64,000 bases of DNA from Candidatus Latescibacterota bacterium. Its GTDB lineage: Bacteria; Latescibacterota; UBA2968; UBA8231. Shown here in pieces: positions 9,156-18,380 of this stretch (positions within the stretch are counted from its first letter, which is position 1; each line of letters begins with the position of its first letter). Location of the stretch: NCBI GenBank assembly GCA_964291625.2, contig OZ220089.1:3776001-3840000 (forward strand), read 5' to 3'. Under the pieces are notes generated by a model. The model ran no database searches and was not told where the DNA came from. It worked only from the letters and a program-made list of their open reading frames with translations. A program made the translations under genes and the position numbers.

Positions 9156-10664
9156 TCAGTCCTCGAACCAGACGGGGCTGCTCCAGGCCATCTGGCCGTT
9201 GTCCTGGGTGACCCGCAGGTAGCAGCAGGACGGACCCTCGCCCGGGTCGATGAAGTAGCCATCCAAGGCGTAGAGCGCCGGGGGCAGGGCCCGGTGGGCG
9301 ACGATCCAGGTGGGCAGCCCGTCCACCCGCCAGCCGCGGCGGCCCCGCAGCAGCTCGCCGATGGTGAAGCTCGCTTCGGACCGGCCGAGCTTGCCGGTGA
9401 GGGTGAAGTCGGTGGCCGTGGCCAGCAGGCTCTTGCCGGTGCGGCAGTCGAAGTCGAGCCGGACCCGCGTCTCCTCCGTCCCCTCCACCTCCACGCAGAG
9501 AGCGTCGTTGGTCCGCGGCGCCGTGGAGCCGTTGCGGGTGGTGAAGACCGAGCCCCGCGAGGTGTGGGACTGCCAGGCGCAGCCCGCCTCGTCCCGCTCG
9601 AGGACGGCCTTGCGGCGGACCTCGTCGAAGGGGTCGGAGCTGAAGCAGGGCACGACCCGCGACAGCCGTCCGCCCTCGACCCGCAGCCGCCCCTGCCAGT
9701 CGTAGACCTGGTACCCCTTCATCGGCCCCCAGCCCCACTCGAAGCGCAGCCGCCAGGCCCGCGGCTGCGCCGTCCGGGGCGCGCCGTAGTCCGCCGTCTC
9801 CAGGTGGACGGGGATGTTGTCGCGCACCACCTCCACGCTCCGGAGGATGTCCCAGCCCTCGACCCGGTAGTCGAGGCGGCGCTCGGCGGAACCGCTAACG
9901 ACCTCGCCCATCCAGGCGTCGCCGGCGCGCAGGACCACCTCGATCCGGTCGCCGGTGACCGCCGTGGTCCGCCGCTTGCGCAGGGCCTCGAAGAGGGCGG
10001 CGCGGGTGTTCTCCTGCGCCCAGATCCCGGTCAGCCCCAGGCCGTAGCCCCCGGGATGGCCGTCGTGGTTGTCGGTGCCGGCGGTGAAGCCGAAGCGCCG
10101 GCCCAGGGCCAGTCCGTGCTGCACGGTGAACTCGTGGCCGGCGGGGCCGCCGCTGTGCCCCAGCATGGGATGGAGGCCGCCGTCGCGCTCGGAGGAGCCG
10201 TGCTCGGAGAAGATCTCCACCACCGGCGACAGGGATTCGTCGAAGCCCTCCCAGTCGACGCCGCGCTCGTAGGCGGTGTGGTGGGGCACCAGGATGGCCG
10301 GGCGGGTCCGGAAGTGGTCCTGCAGGTCGGCCAGGCTCCGAGCGCAGTACATGGACTCCATGTCGCCGGCACTGATCACGTGGAGGTGGCCCCAGGCCGA
10401 GGAGTGCCACTCGTAGGCGGGGAAGCAGGTGAACTCGCCCGGGCGGTCGTTGTCGCGGGCGGCCCGGCGGATGCGCTCCCAGTTGGCGACGACCACCGGG
10501 TAGCCGTTCGGGACTCCGCCGTCGGCGTGCAGCCCGTGGGGGGTGAAGGCGTAGAAGTCGAGGTGGGAACGGGCGATCTCGTAGCTGCGCTCGAGAGTGC
10601 CCTGGGCGTAGCCCAGCTCGTTGTGATTGTGCAGCTCACCCCAGTAGAGGTTCAGATCGGGCAT
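9156..10664 (-). CDS. PHP-like metallohydrolase (DUF3604 / CehA-McbA-like)
   Basis: LYWGELHNH, AYEWHS..GH, VPHH, VEIFSEHG, GF.AGTDNHDG.PG, and the C-terminal YLRVTQ.NG.MAWSSPVW. Confidence 0.8.
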   Translation of the reverse strand: MPDLNLYWGELHNHNELGYAQGTLERSYEIARSHLDFYAFTPHGLHADGGVPNGYPVVVANWERIRRAARDNDRPGEFTCFPAYEWHSSAWGHLHVISAGDMESMYCARSLADLQDHFRTRPAILVPHHTAYERGVDWEGFDESLSPVVEIFSEHGSSERDGGLHPMLGHSGGPAGHEFTVQHGLALGRRFGFTAGTDNHDGHPGGYGLGLTGIWAQENTRAALFEALRKRRTTAVTGDRIEVVLRAGDAWMGEVVSGSAERRLDYRVEGWDILRSVEVVRDNIPVHLETADYGAPRTAQPRAWRLRFEWGWGPMKGYQVYDWQGRLRVEGGRLSRVVPCFSSDPFDEVRRKAVLERDEAGCAWQSHTSRGSVFTTRNGSTAPRTNDALCVEVEGTEETRVRLDFDCRTGKSLLATATDFTLTGKLGRSEASFTIGELLRGRRGWRVDGLPTWIVAHRALPPALYALDGYFIDPGEGPSCCYLRVTQDNGQMAWSSPVWFED

Positions 10665-10731
10665 CTCCTTCTCCTCTTGCGGTTCCGTGCCCTCGGGGCG
10701 ACGTTCTGCGCCCCTCGACGTGGTGAATACA

Positions 10732-13677
10732 ATGGTCTTTCTCGCTGGCTGCCTGTTCTTCCTCTCCGGCGCCGCCGCCCTCGCGTACGAGGTCGTGTGG
10801 GTGAAGCTCCTCACCCTCCAGTTCGGCAGCGCCGCGTGGTCGATCTCGACGGTGGTGGCCAGCTTCATGGCGGGCCTGGGGGCCGGAGGCGCCTGGGCCG
10901 GCCGCCGCGCCGACCGCGTCCGCAGGCCCCTGCGGGCCTACGCCCTCCTGGAGCTGGGCATCGCCGTCTACGGCGTCGTCTCGGTGCCCCTCCTGCGCAA
11001 CATGGCGGGCATCCTCGATCCGCTCTACGGCCTCACCGACGGCTACTTCGCCCTCTACCTGCTGCTGCAGTTCCTCCTCTCCTTCGCCATGATGGCGGTG
11101 CCGACCTTCCTCATGGGCGCCTCCCTGCCCCTGCTCATCGTGGCGGTCACGGAGGAGGCGGCCTTCCGCCGCAGCGTGGCCCTCCTCTACGGAATCAACA
11201 CCGTCGGGGCCGCGGTCGGCACCCTCGTGGCGGGGATGATCCTGATGCCCGTCCTCGGGATCTCCGACACGGTCTGGGTCGCCGTCGCCGCCGGCGTCCT
11301 GGTGGCGGCCGGGGGCTACCTCCTCGATCTGCGCATGGGCCCCCGGGAGGCCGCCGGGGAGGGTCCCGGGCCGGTGGCCGGGGCGGCCGGGACCCCGCGC
11401 ATGCTGCTGGCCGCGGTGGCCATGGCCGGATGCCTGGGGCTGTTCTACCAGATCGCCTGGACGCGCCTGCTCATCCCGGTGGTGGGATCGTCGGTCTACG
11501 CCTTCACCATCATCCTCACGACGGTCCTCCTCGGCATCGGCGTCGGTTCCCTGCTGGCCGCCGTCCCCTCCTTCCGGGAGAGCTCCTGCTGGCGGGCGGT
11601 GGCCGTCACCGTGGGGGTGGGCTCGTGCTCGGCCCTGGCGGGGCTCTTCGCCGTGAACGAGCTGCCGGCGATGTTCACGGCCATGGCCCGGGGAACGGTC
11701 GACCGCACCTGGCTCCTCTTCCTCTCCCAGGGCGCCCTGGCGGCCTCCATCGTCCTCGTCCCCGCCTGCGCCATGGGGGCCGCCCTGCCCCTGGGCATCG
11801 CCGCCTGGCGGAACGAGGTCGGATCGAGAGGCTGGGCGGTGGGAGGCATGTACGCCGCCAACACCATCGGAGCGATCGCCGGCTCGGTGCTGGCGGGCTT
11901 CGTGCTGCTGCCGTGGCTCGGTGCGACGGAGGTGATCCGCCTCGGGGCCGTCCTCGGCATGGTGGTCACCGTCGTCCTCTTCCTGCTGGACCGCGCCGGC
12001 TCGCAACGGCAGCGGCTCGGCTGGGCGGGCGTCTTCGCCGCCATGGTCGCCGCCTTCGCCTTCACCCTGCCCCGGACCGACATCGTGAACCTCCAGCGCG
12101 GCGTCTTCCGCAGGCTCCAGGCGGACGAGGAGCGCGCGCCGACAGGGAGCTTCCTGCTCTACGCGCGGGAGGGGACCAACGCCACGGTCACCGTCTTCCG
12201 CTCGCGCAACTCCACGGTGCTCAAGGTCAACGGCAAGGCCGACGCCTCGACCGGTGAGGACATGGACTCCCAGTACCTGCTCGGGCATCTGCCCATGTTC
12301 CTCCATCCGCGGCCCGAGGAGGTCTGCATCATCGGCTACGGCAGCGGCGCCACGGTCTACGCCACGGCCGTGCACCCGCACGTGACGGGTGTCGACGTGG
12401 TCGAGATTGAGCAGGCGGTGCTCGATGCCTCCGGGTACTTCGACTCGGTCAACCACGACATCCTCGAAGACGACCGGGTGAGACTCTACACGGAGGACGG
12501 GCGCAACTTCCTCCGCCACCAACGGAAGACGTACGACGTCATCCTCTCCCAGCCTTCCAACCCCTGGATCGCGGGGATCAGCTCCCTCTTCACGACCGAG
12601 TACTACCGGGCCGCCTCGGAGCGCCTCGAGCCGGGCGGCTTCTTCTGCCAGTGGATGCAGGCCTACGAGACCTCCGCCGAGACGGTGGGCGTCGTGCTCC
12701 ACACCCTGGCGGCGGAGTTCCCCTACGTGGCGGTCTTCAAGGTGAACGACGACCTCATCTGCGTCGCCTCCCACTCGCCCATCGAAGGCTCGGTGCGGCG
12801 CTACGCGGAGCTCTTCTCCCTGCCCGAGGTGCGCAGCTCACTGCGGCGGATCCGCATCGAGACGCCCTTCGACCTCTTCGCCACCGCCTTCCTGCGGTTC
12901 CCGGAGAACGCGGAGGCCTTCCGTTCGCCGATCCGCAACACCGACGACAACCTCTGGCTGGAGTACCGGGCCCCCATCGAGATGTACCGGGGGACGCAGG
13001 AGAGCGTCGTGTCCACTACGGGCACCGACTACCTGCTCATGCTCCAGCACCTGTTCCCCGAGATGGATCTCCGGCAGATCCTCCTCGGAGTCGGCCGGAG
13101 CATCGCGACCCGGCACTCCGTCATCTGGTATGTCCTCCCGGCCTGGCGGGAGATGTTTGCGGAGGATGAGCCGTTGGTCTCGCGGCTCGGGGAGCTGGCC
13201 GCCGCGGCCGAGGGGAGAAAGCGCGCCCTCGACGGTATCGAGGAGCGGGAGAAGGCGGCCTTGCGCCTGATCAAGGAGAAGCGCTTCGACGAGGCGATCC
13301 CCATCTTCGAGGCCGTCCTCGCCGTCGAGCCCGGGAAGGTCTCCGCCCACCGCATGCTCGGCTGGGCCCTGTCGAACACCGGCGACAGAAAGAGGGCGTG
13401 GCGGCACTACGTAATCGCCGTCCAGCTCAATCCCGACGATTTCGAGGCGCTCACGAACATGGGGGCCATGGTCCTCTCCCGCGGTCTGGCGGAGGGGACG
13501 GAGATGCTCGACCGGGCGCTGAAGGCCAACCCCCACCACTTCACCGCCTGGCGGGTCTACGTCGAGTACCTGGTCGACCAGAAGCGCTACGAGAAGGCCC
13601 GGGAGATGCTGCGCCGGGCCGGGGAATCGATCGACGGGGACAAGCTCCAGGCCCTCCGGAGCAAGATCCCCGGCTGA
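10732..13677 (+). CDS. Fused MFS-like membrane domain / spermidine synthase-like SAM domain with C-terminal TPRs
   Basis: FFLSGAAALAYEVVW, LYGINTVGAAVG, IGYGSGAT, VVEIE, EDGRNFL, SQPSNPW and LFTTEYY; TPR-like C-terminus. Start approximate. Confidence 0.85.
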   Translation: MVFLAGCLFFLSGAAALAYEVVWVKLLTLQFGSAAWSISTVVASFMAGLGAGGAWAGRRADRVRRPLRAYALLELGIAVYGVVSVPLLRNMAGILDPLYGLTDGYFALYLLLQFLLSFAMMAVPTFLMGASLPLLIVAVTEEAAFRRSVALLYGINTVGAAVGTLVAGMILMPVLGISDTVWVAVAAGVLVAAGGYLLDLRMGPREAAGEGPGPVAGAAGTPRMLLAAVAMAGCLGLFYQIAWTRLLIPVVGSSVYAFTIILTTVLLGIGVGSLLAAVPSFRESSCWRAVAVTVGVGSCSALAGLFAVNELPAMFTAMARGTVDRTWLLFLSQGALAASIVLVPACAMGAALPLGIAAWRNEVGSRGWAVGGMYAANTIGAIAGSVLAGFVLLPWLGATEVIRLGAVLGMVVTVVLFLLDRAGSQRQRLGWAGVFAAMVAAFAFTLPRTDIVNLQRGVFRRLQADEERAPTGSFLLYAREGTNATVTVFRSRNSTVLKVNGKADASTGEDMDSQYLLGHLPMFLHPRPEEVCIIGYGSGATVYATAVHPHVTGVDVVEIEQAVLDASGYFDSVNHDILEDDRVRLYTEDGRNFLRHQRKTYDVILSQPSNPWIAGISSLFTTEYYRAASERLEPGGFFCQWMQAYETSAETVGVVLHTLAAEFPYVAVFKVNDDLICVASHSPIEGSVRRYAELFSLPEVRSSLRRIRIETPFDLFATAFLRFPENAEAFRSPIRNTDDNLWLEYRAPIEMYRGTQESVVSTTGTDYLLMLQHLFPEMDLRQILLGVGRSIATRHSVIWYVLPAWREMFAEDEPLVSRLGELAAAAEGRKRALDGIEEREKAALRLIKEKRFDEAIPIFEAVLAVEPGKVSAHRMLGWALSNTGDRKRAWRHYVIAVQLNPDDFEALTNMGAMVLSRGLAEGTEMLDRALKANPHHFTAWRVYVEYLVDQKRYEKAREMLRRAGESIDGDKLQALRSKIPG

Positions 13678-13720
13678 GGCTCCCGCGCGCCCCTCGATCC
13701 GCGGGCGATCCGGCCGAAGC

Positions 13721-14890
13721 TCAGTTGTCCTCCACCGAGCCGTCCTCGTAGCGCAGCTCCGGGCGCAGCAGCGGCACGTAGGGGTGGGCCCGGGCCACCT
13801 CCTCGTTCAGCTCAAGCCCGAGGCCGGGGGTGTCGGGCAGGGTCACGAAGCCGTCCTTCACCTGGAACCGGTGCCCGTAGAACAGGTCGTCCCTCCAGTC
13901 GGTCTTCTCCCTGGAGGAGTCGGCCTCGTAGCCCGACATCTCCTGGATGACGCTGTTCGGGCAGTTCAGGCCCACGTGGATCTCGGCGGCGATGCCGACC
14001 CGGCTGTAGGTGATGTGGGGGGAGACCTGGATGTACTGGGCCTCGGCCATGGCGGCGATCTTCTTGAACTCCGAGATGCCGCCGCAGTGGACGATGTCGG
14101 GGTTGAGGTAGCTCACCAGGCGTCTGGCGATGATGTCCTGGAAGCCCCACTTGGTGAAGTTGCGCTCGCCCATGCACAGGGGCACGGTGGTGCGCTCGCT
14201 CAGCCACTGGAGGGCGTCGTTCGATCCCTCCACCTGGATCGGCTCCTCCACCCAGAAGGGGCGGTAGGGCTCGATCGCCTTGCAGTACTCCAGGGCCATG
14301 GTCGGCGTCAGGCGGCCGTGGGCGTCGATGAGGATGTCGAAGTCGTCGCCGCCCTCGATCCGCATCTCCTCCATCAGGGCGGCGGCCCGCTTCAGGTCCC
14401 AGGGCATGGGCACGGTGAGGGGGTCGTCGACCTTGGTCACGGGCGGCCCCGTCTTGATGGCGTTGCAGCCCATGCTGCGGGCGCGCTGCACCCCCTTGCT
14501 GCCGCTGCCGCCGGCGTAGATGCGGACCTTCTCCCGCGCCGCGCCCCCGAGGAGCTTGTAGATCGGCAGGCCCGCCACCTTCCCGAGGATGTCCCACAGG
14601 GCGATGTCGATGGCGCTCAGGGCGGTGCTGAAGAGGACCCCCACGTGCCACCGGTTCCAGCGGTAGAGCCCCTGCCACAGGTACTCGATGTCGGTGGGGT
14701 TCTTGCCGATGAGGTGGCCCTCGAAGTCCCGGATGCACTGGGCGATGGTCCCCGCCTTGTTGTCGCTGATCGAGCCTTCGCCCAGGCCGGTGATCCCCTC
14801 GTTGGTGTGGATCTTCACGAAGCAGCCGTTGCCCTCCACGAGGAAGGTCTCCAGGCCGGTGATCCTCAGGGCCGGGTAGTCCGCGCTCAT
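13721..14890 (-). CDS. Galactonate dehydratase-like enolase-superfamily enzyme
   Basis: ALSAIDIALWDILGK, IDAHGRL, WVEEP, GER, NPD.VHCGGISE.KKIAAMAEA and PGLG. Confidence 0.88.
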   Translation of the reverse strand: MSADYPALRITGLETFLVEGNGCFVKIHTNEGITGLGEGSISDNKAGTIAQCIRDFEGHLIGKNPTDIEYLWQGLYRWNRWHVGVLFSTALSAIDIALWDILGKVAGLPIYKLLGGAAREKVRIYAGGSGSKGVQRARSMGCNAIKTGPPVTKVDDPLTVPMPWDLKRAAALMEEMRIEGGDDFDILIDAHGRLTPTMALEYCKAIEPYRPFWVEEPIQVEGSNDALQWLSERTTVPLCMGERNFTKWGFQDIIARRLVSYLNPDIVHCGGISEFKKIAAMAEAQYIQVSPHITYSRVGIAAEIHVGLNCPNSVIQEMSGYEADSSREKTDWRDDLFYGHRFQVKDGFVTLPDTPGLGLELNEEVARAHPYVPLLRPELRYEDGSVEDN

Positions 14891-15957
14891 CACACCTTCT
14901 CCTCCCGCCCGGACAGGGCGGAACGGTAGGCCGCGTCGAGGACCTCGACGCCGCGCATGGCCGCCTCCCCCGGGGCGTGGTTGATCTCCGTGCGGCCGGC
15001 GACCAGGTCGACGAAGTTGGCCGGCGGCCCCGAGCACTCGTAGGCCCCCGCGCCGGGATCGAGGTCGAGGGACTCGCCCGCGCCGTCCTGGCGCACCAGC
15101 TCCATGCGGGCCCGCTCGCAGTCGAGGAGCAGCATGCCCTCGTCGCCGAAGATCCGCAGGTCGACCTGGAAGCCGTGGCCCGCGGGCACGTTGCCGGCCC
15201 CCGAGAGGCTGCCCACGGCCCCGCCGTCGAAGCGCACGGTCATGGCGTCGTAGAGCTCGACCCGGGCGCCGGGCCCGGACATGACCGCGAAGACCGAGGC
15301 CGCCCGCAGGCCGGTGAGCCAGAACAGCAGACCGGACGAGTGGGAGATCTGGGCGTGGCCGTAGCCTCCCTCGGCGCGGGCGGGGTCGGCCCAGGTCGAC
15401 GGGTCCGGCCCGAAGAGGCCGGACTCGGAGCCGCCGCTCTCCTCGTCGAGGTCGGCCTCGTCCCCGGAGAGGAGGGGGCGGATCGGCGAGGCCATGTGGC
15501 AGAGGACGTACTCCACGGCGCCGACGCCGCCCCCTTCCATCAGCTCCCGGGCCCGCTGCACGAAGGGCTTGTAGTGCCATCCGTAGGGGACCAGGAGGTG
15601 GAGGCCCTTCTCCCCGGCGCGCTCGACCAGCTGGCGGGCGTGGGCGGCGCGGGTCGTCATCGGCTTCTCGCACATCACGTGCAGGCCGGCGTCGAGGGCG
15701 GCCAGGGCGTGCTCGTGGTGCAGGGGGTGGGGCGAGGCCACGACCACTCCGTCGAGCTCGCAGTTGGCCAGCAGGTCGCGGTAGTCCTCGGTAGCGTAGG
15801 CGAAGCCGAATCGCTCCTGCACCTGCCGCAACTCCCGGGCGCCGAGGCGGCAGACGCCGGCGAGGTCCACGTCGTCCCGGGCCGCCAGGATCGGCAGGTG
15901 GTTGCTGGTGGCCCACCAGCCGGCGCCGATGAAGCCGATTCTCACCTTCTGAGTCAT
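14890..15957 (-). CDS. Gfo/Idh/MocA family oxidoreductase
   Basis: IGFIGAG, VVASP..LH.EHA and HVMCEKPM. Stop overlaps the next start (TGATG). Confidence 0.9.
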   Translation of the reverse strand: MTQKVRIGFIGAGWWATSNHLPILAARDDVDLAGVCRLGARELRQVQERFGFAYATEDYRDLLANCELDGVVVASPHPLHHEHALAALDAGLHVMCEKPMTTRAAHARQLVERAGEKGLHLLVPYGWHYKPFVQRARELMEGGGVGAVEYVLCHMASPIRPLLSGDEADLDEESGGSESGLFGPDPSTWADPARAEGGYGHAQISHSSGLLFWLTGLRAASVFAVMSGPGARVELYDAMTVRFDGGAVGSLSGAGNVPAGHGFQVDLRIFGDEGMLLLDCERARMELVRQDGAGESLDLDPGAGAYECSGPPANFVDLVAGRTEINHAPGEAAMRGVEVLDAAYRSALSGREEKV

Positions 15958-16101
15958 GGGGTTCCTCCCGTTTCGGGCGACAATCTATCCCGGGCCGGGA
16001 GGCGGTCCAATGGGGAGCATCGGCGCTTGCCCCCGCCGGGCGGGGAGGACAGCTTTGCCCGCCCCTTGAGAGCCAGGTTCGTTCGACAAGGAGGTATCCC
16101 G

Positions 16102-17601
16102 GTGAGAGCCACGGTCAAGCTGGACACCGACCGCCGCATCGGCGAGATCGACCGCCGCCTCTTCGGCGGATTCCTGGAACATCTCGGCCGCGCCGTCTAC
16201 GGCGGCGTCTACGATCCCGGGAACCCCTTGAGCGACGCTCACGGCTTCCGCACCGACGTGGCCGAGTCGATGCGGGGGCTGGACATGCCCTGCGTCCGCT
16301 ATCCCGGCGGCAACTTCGTGAGCAACTACGACTGGCGCGACGGCGTGGGGCCGCCGGAGAAGCGACCCTCGAGGCCCGACTTCGCGTGGAAGAGCATCGA
16401 GCCCAACACCTTCGGGGTGGACGAGTTCGTCCGCTGGTGCCGGGAGATCGGCACCGAGCCGATGATGGCCGTCAACCTCGGGACCCTGGGACCTCGCGAG
16501 GCGGCCGACCTCGTGGAGTACTGCAACCTTCCGGGCGGCACCCACTGGTCCGACGCGAGGCGGGCCAACGGCGGCGCTGATCCGCACGGGGTGAAGCTCT
16601 GGTGCCTGGGCAACGAGATGGACGGCCCCTGGCAGGCGGGCCACTGCCCGGCGCCCGAGTACGGCCGCAAGGCGAGGCAGGCGGCCCGGCTCATGCGCGG
16701 GATCGACCCCTCGATCGAGCTGGTCCTGTGCGGATCGTCAGGGCGCGGCATGGCCACCTACATGGAGTGGGACCGCACGGTGCTGGAGCACTGCTGGGAC
16801 GAGGTGGAGTACATCTCCGCCCACCGATACAGCGGCAACCGCGAGGACGACACGGCCTGGTTCCTGGCCGAGGGTGTGGAGATCGACCGCATCCTGGACG
16901 ACTACGCCGGGCTGCTGGCCTACGTGCGCGGAGTGAAGAAGAGCGACAGGCGGGTCCATGTCGCCTTCGACGAGTGGAACGTCTGGTACAAGAACCACCA
17001 GACCGACGGCGGCTGGACCGTGGGGCCCGGCCTGCTGGAGGAGGTCTACAACCTCGAGGACGCCCTGGTCTGCGCCCAGTACCTCAACAGCTTCCTGCGC
17101 CACGCCGATGTCGTCCGCATCGCCTGCCTCGCCCAGATCGTCAACGTCATCGCCCCCGTGCTGACGCGGCCCGACGGGCTCCTCGTGCAGAGCATCTACC
17201 ATCCGCTGCGGATGTTCTCCCGCCACGCGAAGGGCGTCTCCCTGGCGCCCGTCGTCGACGGACCCACGTACGAGGCTGGATCCCGGGGCGAGGTCCCCGT
17301 CCTGGACGTCTCCGCCAGCCACGACGAGGAGACCGGCGCCGTCAGCCTCTTCCTGGTGAACCGGGGGACCTCGGGGAACCTGGAGGTGGAGGTCTCCTTC
17401 GGCGGGCGCAGGGCGGGGACCGCCGTCGAGGTGGAGGTCCTCAGCGGCGACGACCCGAAAGCGCACAACTCCTGGGAGAGGCCGGACGCGGTCGCGCCCG
17501 TCGGGGGAAGCGCCGCCCGGGGCGACGACGGGAAGCTGCGGGTGCGGGCGCCGGCCCTCGGGCTCACGGTGGTCCGGGCGCGGCTGGAGCGGCAGCCCTA
17601 G
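16102..17601 (+). CDS. abfA: Alpha-L-arabinofuranosidase (GH51)
   Basis: FGGFLEHLGRAVYGG, RYPGGNFVSNYDWRDGVGP, WCLGNEMDGPWQ and AFDEWNVWY. SD AAGGAGG precedes GTG at 16102. Confidence 0.92.
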   Translation: MRATVKLDTDRRIGEIDRRLFGGFLEHLGRAVYGGVYDPGNPLSDAHGFRTDVAESMRGLDMPCVRYPGGNFVSNYDWRDGVGPPEKRPSRPDFAWKSIEPNTFGVDEFVRWCREIGTEPMMAVNLGTLGPREAADLVEYCNLPGGTHWSDARRANGGADPHGVKLWCLGNEMDGPWQAGHCPAPEYGRKARQAARLMRGIDPSIELVLCGSSGRGMATYMEWDRTVLEHCWDEVEYISAHRYSGNREDDTAWFLAEGVEIDRILDDYAGLLAYVRGVKKSDRRVHVAFDEWNVWYKNHQTDGGWTVGPGLLEEVYNLEDALVCAQYLNSFLRHADVVRIACLAQIVNVIAPVLTRPDGLLVQSIYHPLRMFSRHAKGVSLAPVVDGPTYEAGSRGEVPVLDVSASHDEETGAVSLFLVNRGTSGNLEVEVSFGGRRAGTAVEVEVLSGDDPKAHNSWERPDAVAPVGGSAARGDDGKLRVRAPALGLTVVRARLERQP

Positions 17602-17608
17602 ACACCGT

Positions 17609-18259
17609 ATGCTGAAAGCCATTCTTTGGGACAACGACGGCGTTCTGGTCGACACCGAAGGCCTGTACTTCCAGGCCTGCCGCGAGACCTTGGAACGCCT
17701 CGGACTCCGCCTCAGCGAAGCCCGCTTCATCGATCTCTTCCTCAAGGCCAGCGAAGGCCTTGCCACGATCGCCGCCGAACACGGCATGGACGAGCAGGCG
17801 CTGGAGCCCGCCCGCATCTGGCGCAACGCCCGCTACACCGAACTCCTGCGCGCCGGCGTACCCGTCATCGACGGCGCCCGCGAGGTCCTGCGGCAGCTCC
17901 ACGGCACGGTGCGCATGGGCATTGTCACCAGTTCGCGGCGGGAGCACTTTGAGATCATCCACGCCGCCACCGGCCTGCTGGCCTGCATCGATTTCACGCT
18001 CGTGCGCGAAGACTACCGGCATTCCAAGCCCGACCCCGAGCCCTACCTCACGGCCATGCGGCAGAACGGCCTTGGCGCCAGCGAATGTGTCGCTATCGAA
18101 GACTCTGACCGGGGGCTGCGCGCCGCACTGGCGGCCGGGCTGCGCTGCATCGTCATTCCGCAGGGCCTGACGCGCGGCCTGGACTTCACCGGCGCGCTGC
18201 GGCAACTGACCGATATCCGTGAGGTCCCACCGCTGATCCATGAACTGATGTCAAGCTAG
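17609..18259 (+). CDS. HAD family phosphatase (beta-phosphoglucomutase-like)
   Basis: WDNDGVLVDTE, VTSS, KPDPEPY and IEDS..G. Confidence 0.9.
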   Translation: MLKAILWDNDGVLVDTEGLYFQACRETLERLGLRLSEARFIDLFLKASEGLATIAAEHGMDEQALEPARIWRNARYTELLRAGVPVIDGAREVLRQLHGTVRMGIVTSSRREHFEIIHAATGLLACIDFTLVREDYRHSKPDPEPYLTAMRQNGLGASECVAIEDSDRGLRAALAAGLRCIVIPQGLTRGLDFTGALRQLTDIREVPPLIHELMSS

Positions 18260-18313
18260 TACAGTTTCTCTGGGTGCAGTCCAGGTCAGGTAGCTGAACT
18301 CATCTCTCCTCGG

Positions 18314-18331
18314 CCAGGCGGCGCCGCCTGG
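18314..18331. terminator. GC-rich palindrome between convergent genes; possible bidirectional terminator
   Basis: Perfect 18-nt palindrome CCAGGCGGCGCCGCCTGG; no clear U-tract. Confidence 0.35.
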
Positions 18332-18380
18332 TCGCCACCGACATCCTCCAGGCTCGCCGGTAGTCTCATCGTGCGCGGCG

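Noticed and set aside
13721-17601. Apparent long N-terminal extensions of the dehydratase (731 aa) and GH51 (874 aa) ORFs
   Set aside because: The extensions overlap the Gfo/Idh/MocA gene. True starts are at 14890 and 16102, supported by stop/start coupling and an SD.
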